From Octopus sinensis (taxonomy: Eukaryota): a stretch of 31,963 nucleotides of DNA. The translations under genes were made by a program, and so were the position numbers. The stretch covers positions 1-31,963 of the forward strand of contig NW_021829634.1 of assembly GCF_006345805.1 (NCBI RefSeq), read 5' to 3'. The notes under the pieces were generated by a model. That model was given only the letters and a program-made list of their open reading frames with translations, had not been told where the DNA came from and did not search any database. Of the stretch, positions 10,691-21,181 are shown one piece after another (positions within the stretch are counted from its first letter, which is position 1; the number at the start of each line of letters is the position of its first letter).

Positions 10691-10842
10691 CATATACATT
10701 TATACGACGGGCTTCTTTCAGTTTCCGTCTACCAAATCCACTCACAAGACTTTGATAGGCCCAAGGTGCCATGCAGTGGGACTGAACCCGGGCATCATGT
10801 GGTTGGTAAGCAAGCTACTTACCACACAGCCATTCCTGCGCC
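10418..10842 (-). mobile_element. SINE family A, full length
   Basis: Head ggcgcaggaatggctgtgtggtaag on the minus strand (A-box), B-box ggttcagtccc, (gagtaaaa)n tail. Confidence 0.95.
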
Positions 10843-10889
10843 ATGTACAATTTTGTTAAAACAACACCAGTTATTGATTGGTAATGGTA

Positions 10890-11030
10890 TTTTATTTTAT
10901 CGACCCTGAAACGATAAAAGACAGAACCGACTTCAGTTGGATTTGATCTCAGATATTAAAAAGGAACGTCATTGAATGCTGCAAAGCATTTTGCCCATTA
11001 TTCTATTTACTTTGCCAATCCACCAACCAA
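10890..11030 (-). mobile_element. Degraded SINE family B fragment
   Basis: atcgaccctgaaacgataaaagacagaaccgacttcagttggatttgatctcaga aligns to the array unit. Confidence 0.6.
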
Positions 11031-11032
11031 TA

Positions 11033-11085
<53 letters not shown>

Positions 11086-11132
11086 TTACAACCACCGCCA
11101 CCACCACTACTACTACTACCACCACCACCATC

Positions 11133-11186
<54 letters not shown>

Positions 11187-11554
11187 GCAAAAAAAAAAGA
11201 CAATAGCAATTTCTAGTGCCGCCCCTGCCGCTTCTGCCACCTCAGCTGTTGCTAATGCTGCTGATGATGATGACAGCGATGACGACGAGGAGGACGTTGA
11301 TAATGATGACGACGACGATGAGTGATAATGAGGATGGTAACGATGACAATAATGATGACAAGCGATAAATGGTTAGTAATGCTGGCGTACGGGTGGTTAT
11401 GTTATATTTTATGATTTCACAAATCTAGAGATGCTGGAATTCCGTCTAGGACAAATCTTTCGTTTATTTGTAATTATTTGTCCCCACCCAACTCAGTACA
11501 TGTTTGGGTATGTATGTGTCAATAGGGGGATTATGTATATTCACACACACCCAC

Positions 11555-11831
<277 letters not shown>

Positions 11832-11840
11832 GCTTGTCTC

Positions 11841-11894
<54 letters not shown>

Positions 11895-11895
<1 letters not shown>

Positions 11896-12164
11896 TTTTG
11901 CTTTACATTTGCACAAGCTGGCTCCAAGTCTCACTCAGAGACCTCAAGAGACAACAAGCTGGAAGTTCATGTTAGTGTTGTACTAGTGAATGCCTAAAAA
12001 AACCATACGAAAATTATGTTTGTTTTAAAACTTGAGATTACATAGAAAGTATTTTGCGTAGGATATGAGCAGTTCCCATGAGCACTATCTTTTGAATTTC
12101 TGCCATTTTGGGGTTTCCTGGTATCTGAGTTAGGTAGCAATCAGCCCCTTTTGCTATCATTCCC
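11895..12164 (-). mobile_element. R4/Dong-clade LINE, extreme 3' fragment (family B)
   Basis: 12163-12038 minus reads GMIAKGADCYLTQIPGNPKMAEIQKIVLMGTAHILRKILSM*, homologous to the C-terminus of the 12806 element, followed by an about 140-nt 3' UTR. Confidence 0.85.
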
Positions 12165-12188
12165 ATTATTATTATTATTATTATTATT

Positions 12189-12741
12189 GAGTGAGAGAAC
12201 AGTTCATGCCATCAAAGTGACACTGGGGTAAAATATACGAAGCCCAATATACCCATCATGACTACCCGTCTGATAAGGGTACACCAGGCACATGCATCAC
12301 AACCATATGTGCGCGACATGGTGATCTCATATCAAGATAAACAGCACATGACCTTGCAGGTGGAGCCCAGTTAGAATTTTCTTCAGGTTGAGTAGCCCAT
12401 CCCGCTCAAAAGGTCCCTGAATAAGGGTTGTTTAAGGATGTTGAAAGAACCACCCATGTTTCCAGAGGTGAATTATTCAAACCCCAAAGAATCCCTCTCA
12501 ACACATGGCTATGATGTTCCCCCACTACTTCTGCTCGTGATCAGAGATGCACATATCGTCAGCCACTAGGGACATGCTCAACTGGTTAAGGTCAAACAAC
12601 TGACGAGCAAATCTGTGGTATTGAGCAGAATATTTGCTGTAGCCCATCTTTTATACCAAGACAAAACAATGTACATGATAACACTTCCAATCAGTTAAGA
12701 TCAGAAGCCATGAGAGCCACTGCCTGGTACTGCATCAGGGC

Positions 12742-12743
<2 letters not shown>
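12189..12743 (-). mobile_element. 555-bp ORF-less element bounded by (TAA)n tracts; probable non-autonomous retroelement or Dong UTR piece
   Basis: Sharp boundaries against (TTA)n at 12165-12188 and 12744-12805, higher GC than the flanks, no ORF of 60 aa or more in the track. Orientation inferred from the ...ctctcactc(aat)n end. Confidence 0.55.
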
Positions 12744-12805
<62 letters not shown>

Positions 12806-12808
<3 letters not shown>

Positions 12809-13819
12809 TAGTTTTATTTTTATAGCGTGCTTTCACTTCACTACCGAGCGCAGCTCTGTGTGCCTTGGGTATGTGCTGTGATTTGTTATGATGCTCTGAT
12901 GGTTATTGTATGGAAAGTGTTCTGCGTAGGATGTGTGCAGTGCCTAGTAGTGCAATTTTCTGTATGTTATATGTGTTTGTAAGTCCTGGTGTTTTTGTTA
13001 TGTATTTGTCTGAATATTTTTTTATCATGCCTAATGCACCTACTATGATAGGAATTGTTTCTGTTTTCAGGTTCCACATTCTAGTTACCTCTATTTCCAG
13101 GTTTTGTATTTTGAGAGTTTCTCCATTTCTTTTAGAGACACGTTGTCATCTGCCGGTATTGATACATCAATTAGAAAGCATTTTTTTTCTTCATGATCTC
13201 TGACAACTATATCTGGTCTGTTGGCCTTAATTTCTCTATCTGTGTGTATCGGCATATCCCAGAGTATGGTTGCTTTCTCGTTTTCTGTGACCTTTTCTGG
13301 TTTGTGCCTATACCATCTTTTTTCTGTTGTTATTCCATAATGTTGGCATAGCTTCCAATGTATGTAGGTTCCAACTCTGTCATGTCTGTGAATATATTCC
13401 TTCTTAGCCAGGACTGGGCAGCTAGAGATAATATGATTTATTGTTTCTTGTCCATCTCCACATATTCTGCAGTTACTTGTAATATTTCTTTTCATTACAT
13501 GTTTTTGGTAATTTCTGGTGGGGAGGCTTTGGTCTTGTGCTGCAATTAAAAATCCCTCTGTTTCTGCTTTGAGTCCTGAGCTTCTCAACCATTGCTGGGA
13601 TTTTTCTTTGTCTATTTCTTTTGCGTTTAGTTTAGTGCAGTATTTACCATGAAGGGGCTTTTCTTGCCATCGTTTTATCATGGCTCGTTGCTGTTCTATT
13701 TTTAGTTTGGATTTCATTTGTTTTATAGCTTTTGTTGTTTCTTCATCATCTTCTTCTTCTTCTTTGTGTTTATTAGGTGGTATGATTTCTTGTTTGTATT
13801 TGTCTGTTTGTTATTTGTC

Positions 13820-13820
<1 letters not shown>
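12806..13820 (-). pseudogene. R4/Dong-clade non-LTR retrotransposon 3' fragment (CCHC knuckle plus restriction-like endonuclease), 5'-truncated
   Basis: ORF 13717-13091: CRICGDGQETINHIISSC, RHD, RPDIVV...FLIDVSIP...EKLSKYK. A 1-nt frameshift restores LEIEVTRMWNLKTETIPIIVGALGMIKK...IQKIALLGTAHILRRTLSIQ* (stop 12903-12905). Flanked by TAA repeats. Confidence 0.93.
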
Positions 13821-13857
<37 letters not shown>

Positions 13858-13966
13858 TATTATTATTATTATCATCATTATTATTATTATATTATTATTA
13901 TATTATTATTATTATTATTATTATTATTATGAATATTATTATTATTATATTATTATTATTATTATT

Positions 13967-14052
13967 AAGGCGTCGCGCTGGGCGAAATGCTTAGCGGTAT
14001 TTCGCCTGTCGCTATGGTCTAGATCAAATTCCATTGAGGTCGACTCACTTTT
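13967..14052 (+). mobile_element. SINE family B head fragment abutting (TTA)n
   Basis: gggcgaaatgcttagcggtatttcg...caaattcc...gaggtcgact matches the reverse complement of 5400-5480. Confidence 0.75.
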
Positions 14053-14922
14053 ATGTACACACACATATATGTGTATATACATACATACATACCTCTGTAT
14101 ACACACACCTATAGATAGTTACATAGATGAATAAATATAAAGATGAATATGTACATTTTATACATATGCACACATGCATGTACATACATATATCTCGATA
14201 TATTTGTATTTTAAATGTGAATAAATATGTGCATGTATGTATATGAGTGCATGTTTGTCTAGGTGTGAGTGTGCGTGTATATGTGTGTATACGTGTGTGT
14301 GTGTGTGTGTCTGAGTGTGGACAATACTATTTACAGAAATTGCAGATTGAAACCGAGCAGGGGCGTTATTTCTGTCTTGGATTTATCATTCAACAGAAGA
14401 TATCGAGGAAAAAGTCAATAGAGATGTTAACCGGAAATATTCAGTTGTTTGTGAGATAAGTACCATTAGTTGGTTACCAAGTTGTCACATAAGCACTGAG
14501 AACCGCAGTTGAAATCATAAATTACAGGAATCGTCGACGCGTGAAATTAGTTCTGGTCGAACAAACTGAATCACTAAAATAACTCACAAGTCAGTCAGTC
14601 ATTCGCACATTTTCTTCCTTTACAGAGCATATGTTCACTGTAATTCCATCGCAGTTATCTCTCGACGTCCCGTAACATAGGTTTCACTCTGTCATCAAAC
14701 AGGATTAATTTAGGAAGTTCTAAATGACGAACAAACGAAATGGTTGATCCGATAGGATAATAAATCAGCCACAAGATTTTCTAGTGTATTTCTCAACCGG
14801 ACTCAAATATATAATCAGTTTACTTAGCTTCGATTAATGAGAATGATTTATTTACGATAGACTGGCAATATATTTATGTATATAGTAATAAATACATAAA
14901 ACTTTATAGCATGTATGAAATT

Positions 14923-15515
14923 ATTCTTGTCGTCTTTCAAGGAATTAAGCATCAACCACGTTACTGTAATATGGAAAGGTGTAGTAGAGGATAACATGGC
15001 AAGGCTTAATGTATGTAGCAGTAGAAACATAGAATTTTATAACATATAGCACTATGACCCAGCAACTCCGGGTCATAGTGCTAGTGCATGCATATACAGC
15101 TGCGTGCGTGTGCATATACACGCGGGTACTGTCCAAATCTCCGATCAATCACATACAGATAGCTGGCATTCAATTGGTGTATCAATTTTCGGGTATTTTG
15201 ATTGGGTTTTGGATAGAAAATTCACAAAAAAGTCACTTCTATTGAGTCTTTAATGGTTTTGCAGGGTGATTGGGGAAATGTAAAGATGTGCATGACCACC
15301 CTTGGACGGTTTTGAATGACTGACCATAGAAAATGCGAGCCCTCTAACTGAAAAATTGTGGATTTGTATAAAGGACACACACGCAGACATTTTGCCGTTT
15401 ATATATGGAGAGATTAAATGATTCTTGTCGTCTTTCAAGGAATTATGCATCAACCACATAACCTGTAGTATGGAGTGGTGTAGTAGAGGATAGTATGGCA
15501 CTGTTTAATGTGGTG
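14923..15515 (+). repeat. Direct repeat pair of about 95 bp, period about 498
   Basis: attcttgtcgtctttcaaggaatta.gcatcaaccac...ggtgtagtagaggata..atggca at 14923 and 15421. Confidence 0.85.
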
Positions 15516-16317
15516 TAGTGTTAAGTGATACGGTGTTGTGCTGTTGTTGCGTAATTTCAGGTCAGCCCTAACCAAGCAAGTTTATGATATGGATGTATTC
15601 AGACGAACAAGACGCAGCTCATAGATTCACCTGGCAAGTAATTTGTCATTTGTCAAGATACCTGGCAAGTCATTTGTCTACGTTTTAGCTTTGGAGCATA
15701 TTACAAGCTCTGACCTGTTACATGCGCGACGTCATATAGAGAGGGACAGTATGACAGTCTGGCGATGGTGCACTGTCTCTACTGCCCAGTCTATGTGCAT
15801 GTAAAATTTCGGATGGTGCCTACAGCATTCGTGGATAAAATGGAATCGCTTTGAGTGCAACAGTTACTGATACTCTGAACTTATTGTTAATGATGTGTAT
15901 CCCACCATAGTGTTTTGAGTCAGTGACACAACTGACGTTGCTATTATCTCTTGCTGAGTATGTTCTTTATGTTGGGCTGAGTGAATGAGATAAATTTCTG
16001 GGGAGTGTTTCAAGTAGATTGCTGAAGTGATGGAGGTATTTGGAGGTGAATTTTCATGTTATGGCAGGGACTGAGAGGTCAGAAGCATGATGAAGCAGTA
16101 AATTGTGCTTCTCACATGACCATATCTTCTCTCATTTTTAATTTTTTGGGGGCGGGGTTTTGCTTCCAACGTTGTCAATTACTGTGGCTCATGTATAACC
16201 TTAGATGATGCATAGTTATTTTGCTATATATTTTCTTTTATTCATTGTAGTTTGTCGTGAGTGGTAGTGGGTCCGGGTAAGACTGATATTATCTAGGACA
16301 GGTGTAATGCAATGCTT

Positions 16318-16630
16318 GTACAAGTGTCTTCTACTATAGCCTCGGGCTGACCAAAGCCTTGTGAGTAGATTTGGTAGACGGAAACTGAAAGAAGCCCGTC
16401 GTATATATATATATATAAATTCAACAACAATTGAGGAATGGCCTTAATAGGCCATTCGACCCACTAGAAAGAGCAGCCAGGACTCAAACCGCCAAGTAGT
16501 AGTAATTCAGAAATTAAAGGAAAATTTAAAAACATTTACCCTAATTCATCTTTAGACAATGCATTGTTTCGGTGTTTTTAATGGCAAACCTACTTAATTA
16601 AATTAAATTAAGTTAAATTAAGTTAAGTTT

Positions 16631-16665
<35 letters not shown>

Positions 16666-16905
16666 GTGTGTGTGTGGTGTATGTGTGTGTTTGTTTGTGT
16701 GTCGGTGTTTGTCACCCCCTCATCGCTTGACAACCGCTGATGGTGTGTTAACGTCCCCGTTACCTAGCGGTTCGGCAAAAAGAGACCGATTGAATAAGTA
16801 CTAGGCTTCCAAAAGAATAAGCCCTGGGGTCGATTTGCTCGACTAAAGGCGGTGCTCCAGCATGGCCACAGTAGTGAAATGACTGAAACAAGTAAAAGAG
16901 TAAAT
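16318..16905 (+). mobile_element. SINE family A lacking its head, with an about 210-bp insertion in the internal TA tract
   Basis: caagtgtcttctactatagcctcggg...cgtcg(ta)n [16419-16630 insert] (ta)(tg)n...gcatggccacag...gtaaaagagtaaa. Confidence 0.88.
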
Positions 16906-16959
16906 TGCGGATATTTTGTTTCCGAGAGCCAGATGTGGTACATGTGATAGACGTTACAT

Positions 16960-18260
16960 AGCTGTGAACGTCATTCAGTTCTCTTTACGATGTTTTATAC
17001 ACGTATGATGTGAACAGAGTGGAAGGGGTTTATGTAACTCCTAGAATTTTAGCTTTTGTTCGCGTGACCTACGTTTATATTGTTGAATGTGTTGATTAAT
17101 CGTATTTGATGTTTTTGATGATACTGTTACAAAGAAAGACAATGGATTTGATCGGTTTGCTGTATGGGTGCCAGGTTTAAAGGGGATCTAAATAGACTTA
17201 AGGTAGTTGTGTGGCAGTGTCCGGAGAATAGTGAGAGAACGTGAGAGTGTGTCATCTACATTCGGTATCTTTTACTGTTGCTGATAAGAATTAGTAGCTA
17301 TTTAACAGCGGAGCTGGCCATTGCTACTTTAAGTCTGTTGATGTGAAGTCAAGTTTCGAGATGATTTAAGCAGGGCTAGAATAGTTGTACAGTTGGGAAT
17401 GAAAAATGGTGGGAAGGATGTGAGAATAATACTAGGTTGTCCCAAAAGTTCGTAAACACTTGCGAAAATTGAATTTTTACTCGCCAAGTACTAACAAAAA
17501 CAACAAAAATTATTCCTCAAAATAAAGACCATTATTTTCCAAGACTTTCTACGAACTTTTGGGACAACCTTATATCATCTGTATGAGAATGTTTTTGTAC
17601 AAGGTTTATGAAAGTCTGGGTAGGTCGTTTAGGTACAGGATAAAAATAAAGTGGTAGGAGACGGTTCCCTCTTGTACATCAATCGTGAAATTACAGGCTC
17701 TATATTTGTTGGTCTTTTACTCTCAGTTAGTTTGGTGGTATGACAATTAGTTTATAAGGAATGCTTTTAGCTGCATCTTAAGCTGTAATTTAGCACTTTT
17801 ATGTGAGTAGAGAACGGGGAATAGAGTCGGAAGTTTTGTTAATATCGACGGTCATTCGAATTGTACGGTAGGAAGTTTTCTTGTATCAAACCTTCATATA
17901 TTATTTTCAGCTTTCGGGTTGTGTATTGACTTGTGTTTCAATGATGTGTGGATAAATTATACTAAAACTTTACTAATTATACTAATGTGTTCACAGAAAG
18001 ATGGTAGGTCCGTATGATGCTGTTTCACTTGGGGGGACTTTTTTATGATTTATTATTGTTGTGCTTTTGCCCAACTTTAAAACTCTGTGACAGTGTTGGC
18101 ACGAACAGCTACAGAAGTATAAGGATTCGTTCAACCCTTGTGTTTTTAGCTTGTTTGACATTTTATCTGACCCCAAAACTTTTTGAATCTTCAGATTAGG
18201 CAATTAGGTTGTATGTCTGATGGAAGGAAGAGGGTCAAATTATAATCTGGAAAGTGTGCT
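16960..18260 (-). pseudogene. Highly decayed LINE reverse transcriptase (CR1/L2/Jockey-type)
   Basis: Minus-strand motifs in the expected order: KVLGSDKMSN (PGxDxI), PPSETASYGPTIFL (SYRPISLL), VDINKTSDSI (DxxKAFD), VQEGTVS...LYLNDLP (PQG...LYxNDLP), HTDD (YADD), KILGVT (KYLGV). Many stops and frameshifts. Confidence 0.75.
17432..17572. mobile_element. Tc1/mariner-type MITE, 141 bp
   Basis: Perfect 21-bp TIRs aggttgtcccaaaagttcgta (17434-17454) and tacgaacttttgggacaacct (17550-17570); TA at 17430-31 and 17573-74. Confidence 0.92.
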
Positions 18261-18282
18261 GATTTTATTTTGTATTCCTGTC

Positions 18283-18592
18283 TTATTACCTTCGCCTTAG
18301 CGAAGGCGAGGATATTGTTTTCAGTCGTGTTTGTTAGTTTGTTTGTTTGTCCGTGGACAAGATAGCTCGAGAACCCCTGGATGGATTCGGATGAAACTTT
18401 CAGAGATGTTTGGCCTTGTAACTGGCACGAACTGATTAGATTTTAAGATCGATCCGGTATCGGATAAGGATTCTGGATAATTTTTCCTGTTTTTCTACTT
18501 AATTTTTGAGAGCGGTCGGGTTCATTTTTAATATTGTCGTTTGTGGGCGCAATCGGAATTTATTTCAGATATTCTCATTTTAAAAATCATCT
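18283..18592 (+). mobile_element. Non-autonomous Helentron/DINE-1-like element, 3'-truncated
   Basis: T-rich start, 5' hairpin ccttcgc-ctta-gcgaagg (18289-18306), (GTTT)n microsatellite, then gatggattcggatgaaactttc...gatccggt. This layout matches described HINEs; the family call is inference. Confidence 0.55.
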
Positions 18593-18706
18593 TTGCCTTT
18601 CATCCTTTCGGGGTCGATAAATTAAGTATCAGTTGCAGTTTGGGATCGACCTAGTCGACTGGCCCCCCTTCCCAAAAATGTTGGCGCTTGTGCTTAGACT
18701 AGAAAA
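18591..18706 (+). mobile_element. SINE family B-related 3' fragment with an alternative tail
   Basis: ctttgcctttcatcctttcggggtcgataaattaagta matches family B, then diverges (ggccccccttcccaaaa...tgtgcttagactagaa). Confidence 0.75.
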
Positions 18707-18877
18707 CAACATTTCGGCAGTTTTCTCGTTTAGAGGTTTGGTGTTGCGTTTTATTTCAAATGTAATGGGTGCTGGGGAATTTTGTTTGGAGAAGTCCTTG
18801 GTTATTATGATTTTATTTGGTTCTTGTCTGTTATGTTGACTCACTTTATTTTTCTTTTTTGACTTGCTTCAGTTATT

Positions 18878-19020
18878 GAGCTTCGGTCATGCTGGGGCAC
18901 CTCCTTGAAGTTTTTAAAACTGGTACTAATTTTTTTACTCTCCTTTTCCTTAACCGATAAAAGTTGTCAAGTAGTGTTCGGGAGGAACACAAACACAAAG
19001 ACATACACACATATAGAAAT
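18878..19020 (-). mobile_element. Degraded SINE family A 3' fragment
   Basis: ggtcatgctggggcacctccttgaag...accgata...gttgtcaag...acaaacacaaagacatacac. Confidence 0.55.
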
Positions 19021-19138
19021 AGAGGCATACTTACACACACTTATACACACAAAACTGGTGTGAAAGTGCTGCAGTTCGAATATGTAACATGGTCGGACAG
19101 ATAGAAAAGCCAATAACAGAATATGAAGAAATCTACAT

Positions 19139-19225
<87 letters not shown>

Positions 19226-19329
19226 GATCGATCGATCAATTGATCCCTTTCTATTTCTTTCTTTCTTTCTTTCTCTCTCTCTCTGTCTGTCTGTCTGTCT
19301 GTCTCTCACTTTCTCTTTCTCTTTATGTG

Positions 19330-19361
<32 letters not shown>

Positions 19362-19403
19362 ATATATTATATATTTATTATATATACACACACACACCCA
19401 CAA

Positions 19404-19434
<31 letters not shown>

Positions 19435-19463
19435 CAGTATATATATATATATATTATATATAT

Positions 19464-19496
<33 letters not shown>

Positions 19497-19754
19497 TGCT
19501 GTTATTGAACACTGTGAAATTGCGCTACTTCTAGGGGAGATCTCATTAAAGAAGTATTGTGTTTAGAAATACACTATACCTCAAAGATAGGTGAAAGGAA
19601 ATCGCCCCGGAACGCGGATGATTGTGTGGTACTGTAGAGCGGAAATAGCAACGATATATATATATATATTTAAGTAGATGAATGAATTATCCTAGTATGG
19701 ATAATTCGGTTAATCGATACCTGGGTAGCAAATTCACGTCATATTATATATGGT

Positions 19755-19930
19755 GGTGGTTGTCTTGTCTACTCCTTATGCAGAGTTTGACCACCTCCTG
19801 TACCTACACCTTTGCACAGCACCATCATGGCGTCTGATATGGCTTTTTAAACCAGACAATGTTCTGAAAAGACAGCCACATAGATTGCCCATCCGATTTG
19901 GACCACCAAGAGCTGCAGATAAGTTCTGAT
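19755..19930 (-). pseudogene. RTE-type LINE extreme 3' remnant (Zn-finger-like C-terminus)
   Basis: Minus frame [23 protein letters not shown] resembles the CxxCxRxFxSxxGLxSHxRxH end of RTE ORFs and the end of the 9117 copy; short (CCA)n tail. Confidence 0.55.
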
Positions 19931-20059
19931 CTTATATATACATATATACATGCATACATGTATGTATGTATGTATATATGTATGCATGTTTCTCTGTCTG
20001 TCTGTCTGTCTCTCTCTCTGCACACACACACATACATACATACATATATATATAATATA

Positions 20060-20101
<42 letters not shown>

Positions 20102-20120
20102 TATATACATACATATATAC

Positions 20121-20207
<87 letters not shown>

Positions 20208-20404
20208 ATATATAATATATATTGAGTCCTTTGCTACTCTAAGATTCGCCTAGCGTACACCAATTCTTCAGACATTTAAATCTCAGAATGTAATACCATC
20301 ATTTGCAACTTAGCATGTAATGAACTAGAATCAACTACTTGTTGCAAATACACCGTCCAAGAACCATTCTATCCATTTAATTCCACACAAAGTTCTTAAA
20401 TTCC

Positions 20405-20532
20405 CTTTAAATTTACATTTATTTCATGAGGAGGCAAAATTTTGAACGCACAACTGGGACCAGAGTGCAGACACAGTTCCACTGCATGGAATAAATGTTT
20501 CGACGTTTCATGAAATAAATCTAAATTTGAAG
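20405..20532. repeat. Short inverted-repeat element (about 25-bp arms)
   Basis: aaatttacatttatttcatga (20409-20429) versus tcatgaaataaatctaaattt (20508-20528), 20/21 complementary. Confidence 0.6.
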
Positions 20533-20539
20533 TGAGCAT

Positions 20540-20962
20540 AGGCGCAGGAGTGGCTGTGTGGTAAGTAGCTTGCTAACCAACCACATGGTTCCGGGTTCAG
20601 TCCCATTGCGTGGAATCTTGGGCAAGTGTCTTCTGCTATAGCCCCGGGCCGACCAATGCCTTTTGAGTGGATTTGGTAGACGGAAACTGAAAGAAGTCTG
20701 TCGTATATATGTATATATATATATATATATGTATGTGTGTATATGTTTGTGTGTCTGTGTTTGTCCCCCTAGCATTGTTTGACAACAATGCTGGTGTGTT
20801 TACGTCCCCGTCACTTAGCTGTTCGGCAAAAGAGATCGATAGAATAAGTACTGGGCTTACAAAGAATAAGTCCCGGGGTCGATTTGCTCGACTAAAGGCG
20901 GTGCTCCAGCATGGCCGCAGTCAAATGACTGAAACAAGTAAAATAGTAAAAGAGTAAAGAGT
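20540..20962 (+). mobile_element. SINE family A, full length
   Basis: aggcgcaggagTGGCTGTGTGGtaag (A-box), GGTTCAGTCCC (B-box), internal (TA)(TG) tract, (gagtaaaa)n tail. Confidence 0.96.
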
Positions 20963-21181
20963 ATAACAGATTTATATGCTATTAAATGTTTCTTTAATCT
21001 TATTAAATGCTATTAAATTGTTGCTTCAGTTTCAACATATGGTGTATGTGATCAAATGATTTTCTTGGTCTGGTACAACTTTTAAATAAATGCATGAATG
21101 TAAAATTAGAAACTTCAGTGAAATATAAACGAAAAATATACAATGCATGTATACAAACACACACAGATACACATGTATATA

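Noticed and set aside
12715-12743. Resemblance to U2 snRNA stem-loop IV (cctggtactgca / tgcagtacc)
   Set aside because: Match is under 12 nt, and no Sm site or other U2 segments are present.
14608-14680. Strong splice-acceptor-like ttttcttcctttacag
   Set aside because: No convincing donor, and all frames close within about 55 nt; such tracts are common in AT-rich DNA.
19796-19870. Apparent exon (cttttcag...aag|gtgtag) on the minus strand
   Set aside because: Better explained as the Zn-finger end of an RTE LINE.
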